This document shows, piece after piece, positions 28,235 through 42,100 of a stretch of DNA of 64,000 bases. Position 1 is the first letter of the stretch. Each line of letters opens with the position of its first letter. The translations under genes and the position numbers were made by a program. The notes under the pieces were generated by a model that was not told the DNA's origin, made no database searches, and saw nothing but the letters and a program-made list of their open reading frames with translations. The DNA comes from Eledone cirrhosa. Taxonomy: Eukaryota. The stretch is taken from the NCBI GenBank assembly GCA_964016885.1, contig OZ024745.1, forward strand, positions 37,882,001-37,946,000. Direction: 5' to 3'.

Positions 28235-30943
28235 GATATTAATAAATGGAAACTATATTTATAAAACCATATTTATTTCATTATACATATTTCAAGGATA
28301 CCATGTTAAATTATGGTATGCCTTCATCAGATAAAATACAATATATACCAGTTTTATAAATAAACATTGACGTACCCTTTCAAAATGCGACCGTTACCTT
28401 TGGATATCAAGATAGTGGTTTGTTTATTTTAGTAAGTCGTTATGTTAAGGAGAAGGAAAAAGACGGAGAGGAAGAGAAACCAAGAGAGATAAAAGTGGAG
28501 AAAAGAAAGGGAGAGATGAATAAAGAAAAAGAAGAACTGAAAAAAAAAAAATAAAACAGAGAAAAAACAACAGAGAGATATCAAACCACCAGACAGAGAG
28601 AAAAAATCAAGAGAGAGAAATATAGAGATAGCGAGAGGGGGAGAGAACGAAAACCTTAAGTCATGTCATATTAAGTTGAGTTAACAATTGAGATGAAATG
28701 AATAAATAAAATTAGAAATATTAATATTCATGAATGGAATATACATATATAATATGAGAAATTAATCATTGTTTAGTTATGATTAGATATTTAGTTTAAA
28801 AATTGAGATCAATATATTAAAAATTGGAATTTAAACATTACGAAATATATATATTGCTAGAGAAATTACCTATCATATAGCACGTACATATACGCAAACA
28901 TACATAAATATATATATATACACACACACTCAGAAAATACACACTATATCTACTTCCGCATATAATATATACATACAAAGCATAAATGATTTTTTATATT
29001 ATTATTACTGCTATATATTCCTTGTGTTATTAAATAACATTTTTTTTTTTAGTATATATATAGGATTAACTTTCATGCATTTATGGCTGTTAAATTATGG
29101 CTGTTAAATTATGCATATCTGCAATCAAATTGCATGGGTACTCCTTTTAATTCCTCCTTTCAATTCCTCTTCAGAAAATTGCGATCTTTGTATAGAGGAA
29201 ATATTCTTTATATTAAAGATCAAAAATTCCCTTAATTTAAGGAATAATTTATTCAGTTGCTGCAGACATAGATTGAACTCAACGTTTAAATATAAATATA
29301 AATTTAAAATGTAGTATAATTAATTAAGTAATTTGGTTAATATGAAACCTGTCGATAAATCATTAGATTCCTTCACCTTTTTCATTTTCTTTGGTTAAGT
29401 ACTCAAGTATAAAGAAATTTTCTTCCTAAATATAAATATAAATATAATAAACTATTCTAGAAAAGTTTATCCTTTCAATATCTTGAGTAAAATATACGTA
29501 AGATACATTTCTATACTAAATATATTAAACATATTATTTTAACTTAAAATATTCTATAATATTTTTAAAATATTTTAATATTTTGATATTTATATAATTC
29601 TTTTGTTTTTTAAGTTATATTGATATAATATTTTATTTACTTTTTTATTAGGTTTATTTTTATGCTGATAGCTTCTCATAATTTTCAAAAGTTTATCCTT
29701 TCAATATCTTGAATAAAATATACGTAAGATAAATGTCTATACTAAATCTATTAAGCATATTATTTTAACTTAAAATATTCTATAATATTTTAAAATATTT
29801 TAATATTTTGATATTTGTAGAATTCATTTGTTTTTAGGTTATATTGATATAATTATATTTCCAATCCTTTTGTATTTTATATACTCAATTGTACTATGTA
29901 ATATATTGATGTATACTTATCTCTATACGACTAAGTATGTATGTATGTGTATTAACATACATATGCATGTGTTGCATGCATTTTTATGAATATATGTCTG
30001 TCTGTATATATGCATGAGTGACGCATGTCTACCAATTGGGTGAAGATGCACACACATGTTTATATATGTATATGTAAGAATTGTGTGTGTACATGTACAT
30101 ATGTGCCCATGCAATTTGATTGCAGATATGCATAATTTAACAGCCATAATTTAACAGCCATAAATGCATGAAAGTTAATCCTATATATTTATATATATAT
30201 ACTAACAATTTTATTTAATAACACAAGGAATATATAGCAGTAATAATAATAAAAAAAATCATTTATGCTTTGTATGTATATATTATATGCGGAAGTAGAT
30301 ATAGTGTGTATTTTCTGAGTGTGTGTGTATATATATATATTTATGTATTTTTGCGTATATGATAGGTAATTTCTCTATCAATATATATATTTCGTAATGT
30401 TTAAATTCCAATTTTTAATATATTGATCTCAATTTTTAAACTAAATATCTAATCATAACTAAACAATGATTAATTTCTCATATTATATATGTATATTCCA
30501 TTCATGAATATTAATATTTCTAATTTTATTTATTCATTTCATCTCAATTGTTAACTCAACTTAATATGACATGACTTAAGGTTTTCGTTCTCTCCCCTCT
30601 CTCTATCTCTATATTTCTCTCTCTTGATTTTTTCTCTCTGTCTGGTGGTTTGATGTCTTCCAAAACCACTATCCTGATGTCTTCCAAAAGTAACGGTCGC
30701 ATTTTCAAAGGGTACGTCAATGTTTATTTATAAAACTGGTATATATTGTATTTTATCTGATGAAGGCATACCATAATTTAACATGGTATCCTGGAAATAT
30801 CTATAATGAAATAAATATGGTTTTATAAATATAGTTTCCATTTATTAATATCGTATATTTACTCCAAATACTTGTCGAGTGCTTTATATCAGTTATAAAA
30901 ATATTTGCTTGTTGTATCCCAACAATTTAAATAGAACTTTTGC
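28231..30943 (+). mobile_element. 5'-truncated Penelope (GIY-YIG C-terminus plus 3' UTR) preceded by a long inverted copy of its own 3' end
   Basis: Arms 28231-29138 and 30106-30856; peptide PPFNSSSENCDLCIEEIFFIL...LNLRNNLFSCCRH at ~29150-29275; internal tandem duplication ~29460-29640 / 29687-29860; tail 30857-30943. Confidence 0.85.
28275..28337 (-). ncRNA. Type I hammerhead ribozyme (plus-strand counterpart at 30750-30812)
   Basis: ATTTTAT-CTGATGA-AGGCATACCAT..ATGGTATCCTT-GAAA-TATG-TATA-ATGAAAT. Confidence 0.78.
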
Positions 30944-32119
30944 ATATATATATATATATATATCTGTGTTTGTGTGTGTGTGTATGTGTGTGTGTAGATC
31001 TCGAGCTATTTGTATATTAAATAGTAAGAAATTTTATATATATAGTTATATTTGGGGAGGATCATGTCAGAAATATATAGTAAAACACACTCTCTGTTCG
31101 GTTTTCGCTTCAGTATATTTTATATTTCTATAATTAATTCAGCTGACAATCAATGTTTATCGTTGATTGACCAACTGTTAAACATATACTGGTTTGTTGG
31201 TCCAGTCAAAGGCAAGTGAGTGAAGTGTGTCTAAATGAGTCGAGGAAATTGTGGTGAGAAGTCTTGACATGGTCGATGAAACTGGTAGTTGTATTCGCCT
31301 CGAAAAAGATTTTCTCCAATGACATTGACGTGGATTTATATGCTTTTATTGTTTGCCTGATTTATTTCGAAATCATGTACAGTGACTAAATGGAAAAGAT
31401 ACACGTATAATTGTAATCTGTTGATAGTGTGTGGATATAGAATCTCAAAGTAATGAATTCTAATGACCTTTTGATTGATGTTTGTAGCGTGCCCTACAGA
31501 CGCTGAACCAGCATAGCCGGCCAACCTGTGTGAAGCTGAAAAACAAATTATTTGTCTGTTGCAGAGTTTAGAAACAGCCTTAACTGTGGTCAACATCTCT
31601 TGTATTTATAAAGATTAGGTGTCCAGTAAAGAGTAAATAGGTAATTTATCATTGATAAATTGATCATATTTTTTAAATAGAAAGGCAGTAAATCTCGATT
31701 GCAACATCTTCAGCTCAAGTAAATAGTTTTTGTATCTGCGTTAATCTGTCTGAGCTTAGAAGCTAGTGTTTGTAGATAATGTGATTATTTGAGAACACGG
31801 TAACTGTCAATAAAGTGTTATATAAAGCACGTGATAGACTGAGAACGTTTTTGCTATATAGCGACGATCACGTCGCTAGAATAATTATAAAATAAACGGA
31901 AAAAATGAAAAACGAAATTTCATACTTATAATTATAAAATAGTTGAGGATAAATCAAGCTGATGACTCATTGAACAATATTTTCTGATATAAAAGAAAAT
32001 GTGAGTTCGAGCTTCACAGGTAATTATCGACGATTTTCCTGTTCATTGGGTTATATCTCTGATTCGTTTCACCACTATTCTCAGAGACTCTCTTGCGATG
32101 TGATTCCTTACTACACACA

Positions 32120-32234
<115 letters not shown>

Positions 32235-32257
32235 TGTATATATATATATATATAATA

Positions 32258-32422
<165 letters not shown>

Positions 32423-32479
32423 CCTGGCATACATATATATATATATTTCCGTGGGTACTTAATACCTGTGGGGATACTG

Positions 32480-32800
32480 ATATCATTTTATGTATAATCT
32501 CCCATGTGTAGAGAAAAAATCCGTTGTATACCTAGCTGCTATTTTTTTAGTAGTGTGGCAAACAACACGTGTATAATATTCCCGCTTCTACTAACGACCA
32601 GTTCACGTGTAGGTCATGTTTACGACTGCACTCGATCTTTCACTAGCTGGCTGAAGGCAATGTATTTGCCTGCTATGGGACTATATGTCCTATGTAAGGG
32701 AAAACGCTTTCTGAAGAGACGATCTTTCCATTGGAAGTCCCTTGGATTTCCAATCTTTTGTGAGGCGAAACCGCCGGTAAAAGCAATATGAATAGGTAAA
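32480..32800 (-). mobile_element. Possible degraded Penelope-type RT thumb fragment between (TA)n tracts
   Basis: Reverse frame reads RFPLHRTYSP..KYIAFSQLV, weakly resembling RFP..S..P...Y..SQL thumb motifs. Confidence 0.3.
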
Positions 32801-32865
32801 TATTTAAATTGTATTTTGAATTTATTTTGAAAGATTGTTTAAATTTTGCTTGTTCCTCTCATTTC

Positions 32866-32904
<39 letters not shown>

Positions 32905-33808
32905 TGCTAGGCTATTTCTTTACATATTTCCTTTGCCTTTATTATATTATGCACTTGTCATTTTCCTTTTTAATCCCGTATCTTTTTATCTCGCATATTG
33001 TTGCATACCATGATGTTTCTCTTATGCATTACGACTATGACCCGACCCTAATTAACTCAATCTTTAATTTAAATTTATCATCCTCATGTGTCTCACTCTG
33101 ATATTTACTTTATGTGATCTTAAGTCAGCCTACGCATAATTTAGTGTATTTTAATTTATCTCTAATTCTTCTTCACGTATCTCATTTAGATAATCATTTA
33201 ATTGGTAACGGAACCACCTAATACTTCCTTATCGCTTAGGCATTGTGGCCCGAAGACCTTGATCGGTTTCACCTGATATGTGATGCAAGTTGCGGGGAAC
33301 ACTCCTACTGCCCAACCCCCTCCCAGACATTTCCTATATATCGTAAGATTTCACTGTGATGTCCCGCTCATCGAATGCATGAGTCTGCTGGAGGCGAGGA
33401 ATCGGACATCTGTATGTAGTCCGTAGAGCTTAGTTAAACGGGGAACTGGCGAGGAGTAGGGCATCACACTTCTAACAATTTCGAATCAGTTAAACCATAA
33501 CTATATCATAACTATGTTATATACTCTGGTTTATAGTTGAAGCCTACTGGCATCTATTTTTTCAATATGATTATCTCTTTCTCACATATTTATTCCGGCT
33601 GATGGACTACTGACATTGACAAAAATATATATGTATTTGTCTCTGCCAATGACTATATATACGATTGTGTCTATTTGTGTATATTCCCCATATTACATGT
33701 AGCAATTAAATCACTTTAAGAAGGCGCCTTACCATGCCAGTCTAATAACTAAATCAAGTTAAGAGAAGAAAGTAAAATATATATCAGAATTTATATAGTG
33801 ATACTTAC

Positions 33809-33988
33809 CACACTCTTCTTCATCAGAGCCATCTTTACACTGGCTAACCCCATCACATTGCTTTCTTTGGTGCAAACAATTCAACTGGTCTTTACAGGCG
33901 AAGAATCCAGCTTGGCATATTATCATATTTCCGTCCTGGGAGACTGGTGTTGGAAAAGATGTGACTGTGTAATTGGTTAACACATCAG
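33809..33988 (-). CDS. LDLa-module exon of an RXFP/Lgr3-4-like LDLa-LRR receptor (180 nt, phase 1-1)
   Basis: Acceptor ttttcAG, donor G|GTAAGT; encodes DVLTNYTVTSFPTPVSQDGNMIICQAGFFACKDQLNCLHQRKQCDGVSQCKDGSDEEEC, a six-Cys LDLa with the DxSDE motif. Confidence 0.92.
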
Positions 33989-34030
33989 CTGAAAATATAC
34001 ATATTTACGAACTTATATGATGTCCAGGAT

Positions 34031-34189
<159 letters not shown>

Positions 34190-35859
34190 ATATATATATG
34201 TGTCTGTGTGTGTGTGTGTGTGTTCAAATATTAGAGTATTGAACACCAACTCACACAGCATCTGGAAACCATAATTATGTCTCTATATAATTTGGTGAGA
34301 ATTTAAAATGGCAACATTAAAAAATAATATATGGATAAAATGGAAATGGAGCTTTGGGTTCAAAATTTAGTTTGGCTAAAAAATAATTTCATCGCAATGA
34401 TAAGAACGACAAATAATTAAACACCAATAAATTAAACTTTCTAGATTCGTGATGCCTTTACAGTCTAAATACATCGTCTTTGCTAATGAATTTTATAATA
34501 TAATTAGTGTGTGTTTGATCTCTGTTGGTTACAAAGACGAGTGTTCCAATCGTTCGTACAACGAAACAGAATGTTCATGAAATTAAAGTGCAAATGCACG
34601 TATATTCCACAGACACGTGTACAGGAAATGTATTTTTCAGAGTGATAAAGTGTAACATAAAAAATGACAAGTAAAGTGACTTGCGCAAGGACACAACGCG
34701 CTGTCGAGAATTGAAATCATGGCATTAATATCACAAGCCGTAAACGTTAATAATTAAGCCAAGAGTTTTCACAGTGTTCTGGGATTAATCCACACTATTA
34801 GAAAGGAATCTCCATGCAGTCATTTCAATTGCTAGAAATAGTAACCCAACTCCCTTAAACCACATCTCCCTTAAAAATAAAGTAGAGATGTCATTGCATA
34901 ATGTATTCCTAGATATCCCTAAAACATGAATGGAATAGATGTGGTCATATGATTGTCTGATGATCTGGGTCAAATAACCGACTCAGAAACTACGATAATA
35001 TTGATGGAATATACACGTGCACTCACAGAGAGGAACACAGACAAAATGGACCTACGCTTTGCATTAGAACGTTAGATAAAATACTGCTGCTGTTAGGTTT
35101 GCTTTTCATCCTTTCGAGGTCGATAAATAAACTACTTCTCCAGCTGTGTGATCAATTCTTTCGCAGTCTCTCTCTCTCCCTTTTCTCTCTTCCATAATAC
35201 TTTCTAATCCCCCCCTCTCTCTCCCTCTCTCTCTCGTTTTGTTTTTCTCTAGTAGAATATGGCTGTGTTCAGATGTGGAGAGAGGTGGGCTACGCAAGGT
35301 TTAAATGCCCCAGAAACGACATGTTACATGATGGCACCTCTACAAGTCCAACAGAAAATAATTTATAACAAATTGATAAATAGATGGAATGTTTGATGTC
35401 CATACTTTTATTGATTTAGTTAGACAATTATAACTAAAAGTGAGTTTTACGAGCAACTACTAATTTTGTTCTTTAGCATGTTCTTTTTTCACCACTCATT
35501 GCTTTCCAATCAACCCCCTACTATCAATTGCCTTTCAGTTCATTTCCTGGATGTCAAAGACCCTACAGGGATAGAGTTTAGTGGCAAACTTACTTATCAT
35601 AATGATGTGGAGCAGGTTCTTATTTAGTAACATATATCTAATTAATATACAGATCAACCACCTGGAGTAATCTTCGCACTGTTATATTGATGGTATTCTT
35701 AAGCAAACTTACTTTGTATATTTTTTATTTAATAGGCGCGGGCATAACTGCATAGTCAAGGTGTTAACTGCGCAACCACATGGCGCTGTGTTCAGGGCTG
35801 TGGAGAGAGACTTTAAAAGCCTTAAATACAGTTTTATCTGCTTCATTCGTTTGTGTCCT

Positions 35860-36520
35860 AAGGCCTAAATCTATGGAAGGAACCTACGCTATAGCAAAAT
35901 AGAGAAAAGGAATTGCTGCAATTATTGAGGGTTCTCCTCGTTAAGGCTCCCCGTTAATATCTATGCTATGTGTCTGGCTCTGGCAAAGAGACAAAGGAAT
36001 ATTGTCGCATCCAAGCTAGTTGTCAAACAGTGTGGCGTTTACCCCAGACGTAGCACAGCCGGCCAAATATTCACACTGCAGCAGGACTTTAAAAAATCGT
36101 GGGAATATTGCCAAGTAGTGTATATCTGTTTGCAGGAGTATGGGATCGATGGAGCGCTTCTTGTTGCCCTGATGTCTTTACACGAATGTCCTAATATGTA
36201 TTTTCGTGTCAATGGTGCTATGTCGAAATCAATTAACATGTGACCGACTCCACCGTGGGTGTGTACTGTCACCCCTGCTCTTCATAATCTTCATAAACAT
36301 TGATATGTGTACCCGGGGTGGAATTGGTATCGAGACTGTTGGGTGTAGGATCAGTCGGCTGGTATTAACATGTCAGATGTTAATCTCTGGCATACATTTA
36401 GAAGGTTTGCTGCCCACTGCAGGAATGAAAATCATAACTGTGAAGACTGAAACACTCATCATATCTACGTGTGTGTGGAATTCCACTGATGCAGGTGGAG
36501 AGTTTCAAAGAGTTTCAAAA
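35860..36520 (+). mobile_element. Degraded RTE-like LINE RT fragment
   Basis: RSTAGQIFTLQQ..KSWEY and LHRGCVLSPLLFIIFI motifs with frameshifts. Confidence 0.7.
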
Positions 36521-37183
36521 CGAGATCGATAAAATAAATAAGTGAAATTAAAATATAAGATCTAGGGTCAAAGTGATCTGCTAAATTAATACTGTGCGCC
36601 AGGATGACTGAATAATGACTCGACCCTATAAAGAATGCATGTATACGTTGGTCACTTTTAACTCCTCTCGAATGGGACAACATGTAAAACCGGAAAATTT
36701 ATCAGTTGGCTTCAAAGGATAAAGAAACGTCAATCTCCATTACCATATTGACCATAAATTTCGACAAACTGCTCTTATGAAAGTTCTCTTCCCTGTTTAT
36801 TGTTTTTAGATTTTATGAATTCCTAGAAGAGTTTCAAGTCATATATAGATTGAATTAGTTTAGTTAGGCAATGCATTATTCCAAATTTCTAGATTACATC
36901 GGGTCGAAATTATAGCGTTTGTATTTTGTATGCAGAAAGCAAATATTTTCAATCAGCCAATCTGTGGAAATTAATTTGTTATTGAACACATTATCTATAA
37001 CTAACAGCAATGGACCATTTGGCACGAAACATAAGGGAAAATACCAAAAGGTGTCTCAAGTGAGACGTAATGTGTTAGATTTATATATTTACGTGGAATG
37101 TTTAAATTAACAAGTAACATGTATGTATGTATGTATGTATCTATGTATGTAAGCATCTATATGTATGTATGAATATGTTTGTT

Positions 37184-37249
<66 letters not shown>

Positions 37250-37282
37250 CACAAACATATTCATACATACCTATACATACAT

Positions 37283-37345
<63 letters not shown>

Positions 37346-37999
37346 CTTACATGCATACATGTGTTTATTGCTTTGGTAATTCACGCAATTCACGTAAATA
37401 TATAACACTATCGTATTATGTCTCGCTTGAGAAATCGTTTGGTATTTGTCCTTATGTTTGGTGCCAAATGGTCTATTGATCGTAGTTATACACCCCCACC
37501 TACATATATATATGCATATATATATATATATACATATGCGAATAAACCCCTACATACACACATACACATACATATATATATACTCTCCATATCAGTAAAT
37601 TGATCATTGTGGAAAATAAAGCCAACAATCTAAGCAATTACAAACATTGATTTCAAGTGAATTTCCTATAATTACTTGTACGGATATATAAATGCTGAAA
37701 TAGACACACCAGGGCAATAGTATATATATAAGTTGAAACGGCAATGCTCACCAGGCAGACCATAATTCTTCAATATATAAATACACACACACACATATAT
37801 ATATGTATATATGTGTATGGGTATATGCATGGGTATATATGTGTGCGGAAGTAGGAATTGAACTAGTCACTCGCACAGGTAAGGAGATAATGCTGGATGG
37901 GGCCACACCCAGCACAGCACCATAATTATTAGTTGCTACAAGGGAAAATATGATGCCATAATAAAAAGCAACTACAGGAGAATAAAACTTCTGTTATGA

Positions 38000-38900
38000 A
38001 AGAGACATAAAGTGTTCTGGTATAACTGATTAGAGAAAGAGTCAAATTACATCAGACAAATTACATCAGATACAATGCGGTTTCATGCCAGGGAGTAGCA
38101 CCACAGATATCCTCTTTCTAGTAAAACAGCCCCAGAGAAGTTCTTAGATAGGAGTAAGCTTCTATATCTAGCTTTTGTGGGTCTAGAAAGAACCTTTGAG
38201 AGAGTACCCCAATCTGGTGGCCTTAAGGAAACTAGATGTAGAACAGTGGCTTGCAAGAACTATGCAAGCCATGTATAGACGAGCTGTAAGTAAAGTGAGA
38301 AGAGGAAGTGAGTTTAGTAGGGAATTCAAGGTACAGGTAGGAGAACATCAGGGTTCAGTTCTTAGCCTACTCATGTTTAACCTAGTCGTCCAAGGTCATA
38401 ACAGAATAGTTTAAGACTGGTTGCCAATGGCTGTGGAAAGATAACTTAGAATCAAAATGGCTAACACTAAATTTAGCAAAATCCAAAATGTAAATAAGTA
38501 AGAAAGAGGATACGGCCCTAATTTCATTAAGGAAAAGGCCTTACACGATATATAGGCATAAACTCTATACGGTGTACGCAATGTAAATCATGGTTACACA
38601 AGAGGTGTAGTATGATGAGAGGCAGACTAACAGAAGGATTTGTATGTAGTATATGGTAAGGGTAAATTGATAGTAAGACTGCTAATAATAAAATAAATCA
38701 TATAAACACTTTCCAAACCCAGGAAAGGACCATAGAATTGGTTGACGGATTCTCATACCTAAGTGATGTAATCATCAGTGGATGAGAGTGATCGGAGAGC
38801 ATAGTAGCTAGAATATAGAGGATGGAAGACATTTATGGAACATGGCATGAGCTTGGATGATGATCACTGGGTGAAGAATTGCAGGAACACGCCAAATGGA
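38000..38900 (+). mobile_element. Degraded RTE-like LINE RT fragment
   Basis: QCGFMPGSSTTDILFLVKQ, YLAFVGLE and VGEHQGSVLSLLMF. Confidence 0.7.
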
Positions 38901-38989
38901 AGGAAGCCACAGTAGAAACTGGCTGGAATTTTCAAAAGTGGCTTCCGTTAAAGATTTTCCTTCAATACTTCAAGGTTTAGATATAAATA

Positions 38990-39189
38990 NNNNNNNNNNN
39001 NNNNNNNNNNNNNNNNNNNNNNNNNNNNNNNNNNNNNNNNNNNNNNNNNNNNNNNNNNNNNNNNNNNNNNNNNNNNNNNNNNNNNNNNNNNNNNNNNNNN
39101 NNNNNNNNNNNNNNNNNNNNNNNNNNNNNNNNNNNNNNNNNNNNNNNNNNNNNNNNNNNNNNNNNNNNNNNNNNNNNNNNNNNNNNNNN
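38990..39189. other. Assembly gap (N run)
   Basis: 200 N bases. Confidence 1.
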
Positions 39190-39190
39190 T

Positions 39191-39264
<74 letters not shown>

Positions 39265-39273
<9 letters not shown>

Positions 39274-40460
39274 ATTGCAACTGTGTCCAACCAGGAATGT
39301 GTCCGTTGAACAATCAGTGTCTTGAACGTAACATCGTATACAAATGTACTATCGAATCGGATAGACAGAAGTGGTCCTATGTGGGATCTACAGCCACCTC
39401 CTTCAAATCACGCCTTTATAGACATCGTTATTCGATAAAACATGAAAACCAGCGTTATGTAACAATACTCGCAGACAAGGCTTGGCAGCTGCGTGAAAAT
39501 AACCAACAATTTCACCTAAAATGGGATATAATAGCGGCTGCCCCCCCCCCCCCCCCCATATTCAAATGGACAGGAATTTTGTAAATTATGTAATGTAGAA
39601 TTATTTTGTATTATGAAATCCAAAAACATTTTATTAAATAACAGAATAGAGCGATCGTTATACTGTAACCATCGCTTAACATCTACATTTTCATATTATA
39701 AATACTACCAGGATTGAACGCCTGTCTCTATCCCCGTTTGATTGTCAAAATAGATATGAACATTCTTTATTAGTCTTAATTCTATCAACTCTTCTATTAT
39801 TTACCTTTTAATACAAACTGCTATAGATAAAATGAGATTTCTGATTTCTTGATTCAATTCCCTAATGCATATACCAGCTGGCTACTAGCATTGATGTTAT
39901 TTAGTAGCAATCGAAATCTCCCCCTTCCCCAATTGACACTTTATAATTAATACTACTGCACCAAATGACCAGCCCTGTCCACTGTCCAGTTGGTCAAGTA
40001 GAGATTAAAATTGGCACTCCCAAAATTCTTATTTAGATTTACTCATGGTATTCTCATTAAAAACCCATTATATACTTGTTTAGCAGTAAATTATTTTACC
40101 ATCTGTCATATTCTATCCCCTCTGTTCCTTCCTCTTTTACTAATATAAATACTTCAATTTTTCTGATTTTATCCAGTCTATCCAAAATCTCTGAAGAAGT
40201 GACAACTGATTATACATTAGCTATCGAATACTTGCTAACATTATATGATTACGCAAGCAGCGATACATAGGTATTCGGTCTGTTACAGAAACATATGTCA
40301 ATACCTAATAAATTCCTTTTTTAACAAAAGCACTTTCATTTTATATTCATCCTTTCTACATTTCTCCGGAATATAATTTATACTCGCTGAGCAAACCTGC
40401 ACGTACGCTGTTCATCTCTAACGTAACGATATATTATCACTACATTATTGATAACCTAAA

Positions 40461-40465
<5 letters not shown>
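39265..40465 (+). mobile_element. 5'-truncated Naiad-like Penelope (GIY-YIG plus 3' UTR) between (TA)n tracts
   Basis: CNC..CPLNNQCLERNIVYKC...YVGSTATSFKSRLYRH, then CKLCNVE after a poly-C frameshift. Confidence 0.8.
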
Positions 40466-40544
<79 letters not shown>

Positions 40545-40717
40545 ATGTACGGCAACACTCATCTTTTTCCATTTCTCCGAGGGTTATAAACCCCGCTATC
40601 AGGCTAGACATTTCTTTAGTCTAAAATACGCTGAAAGCTTATAATTTCTAATTTCTAATTTTCAAACTCGCGCACCGTTTCAAAAACATACTTACATGTT
40701 TACATTTATAATTTGCT

Positions 40718-40751
<34 letters not shown>

Positions 40752-40754
<3 letters not shown>

Positions 40755-41088
40755 CGGGTAAAATTCCCGAAATCCATGGACGAGTTCTCTCCAGCTGTCT
40801 CTGTCCTTCATTATCGCTGCCATGTTCTGCGTCTCCAAGAGACCAGTGTCTGTCCTTAGGGCATTAACATATGTTAACCTCGGTCTTCCTTTTCAAGTGT
40901 GTCCATGCTGGGGCTCCAACAGGATCACTGAGTGCAGTGTCAATTGTGGATGTCGGTGAGCATGTCCTGCTAACCTCAGTCTCCTCTGTGTCACTTTCGA
41001 GCTGGCTTTTGGGAGGCTCCAGTACAGCTCTGAGTTCTTCCTCCTCAGTGTATACTGATTAATGTTCAGAACCATCCTCAACATTCTG
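40752..41088 (-). mobile_element. RTE LINE 3' fragment
   Basis: MLRMVLNINQ...RRLRLAGHAHRHP; closely homologous to 48228-48543. Confidence 0.88.
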
Positions 41089-41343
41089 CAAGATATAGTG
41101 CAATACCAGTCCGCAGCACGAGGTTGAATATGATTATTTAGGTCAGCAACAACGGTGATGTAACAGGTACGTACGTTTCATTAGCCCTGAGGACGAGCTG
41201 GTTCAACCTGAGCTGATAAAAATGAACTGGTAAATTTTCATCGGCACAGTTTGAACAAGTTGGTCCGCAGGGCTAAGGAAACGTAGTTCATGGTATGGCA
41301 CCGCTGTTGTAGTAACTTGCCTTAATAATCACAAATTATATAT

Positions 41344-42025
41344 GTATATATATTTATTAAAATAACAGATTAAAGTTTAAGCAAAGCATCGCTGCTTTAA
41401 CCCTTAACGGGATCTTCTGAAACTAACAAAAGTCAATCTGTGAACACAGAAGTGAATATTTCAAAAAACGTTGCAACCGGAGGAAGACAGGAAGACGATA
41501 CTTTGGTTCGTGGAAACGTTCCCTGACAGAGAACGGTTAAAAACGAATATAATACGTCATTATTTGGAGCGGCGAAAAACAATTACACGCAAAGACAAAA
41601 CCAAGTTTATGGTATAAAAGAAGTCGTAGACTAATATTCTATTAGGTGGTTCATAGAGACGTTCTCTGGCAATGAACGGAAACAACGAAGATAATACGTC
41701 ATATGTGGGGCGGGGAGAACAATTTCACGCAAAGACAAAACCACGTAAATGGTATAACTGAAGTCGTAGATTAAAATTCTAACTAGGAAACCGAATGATT
41801 CTAGGCTTCAGAGTTAAGAATAAAGTAAATAAAATACAGAGGTAATAGAAATTAAATAAATACATACACGCATCCATATACGTACATACACAAGCATACG
41901 CGAAAACACTCGCGATAGGTATACTAATACACGCACGTACACAAATAAAAAAAAACCCCGCACGTAATACAGAACCCAAGCAACGCCTGTACCCTCACGC
42001 ATACGAATGATTACACCAAATACAC

Positions 42026-42100
<75 letters not shown>

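Noticed and set aside
31470-31537. Good minus-strand acceptor with a short open frame between the LDLa and linker exons
   Set aside because: No phase-compatible donor and no recognisable domain.
35594-35633. Possible first coding exon MLLNKNLLHIIMI with a phase-1 GTAAGT donor
   Set aside because: Phase-compatible with the LDLa exon but a weak signal peptide; such donors are common by chance, so RNA evidence is needed.
40188-40312. Hammerhead-like pieces (CTGAAGA; GAAACATATGTC; AGGTATT/AATACCT)
   Set aside because: Core and stem I do not assemble into one consistent fold; probably a decayed motif.
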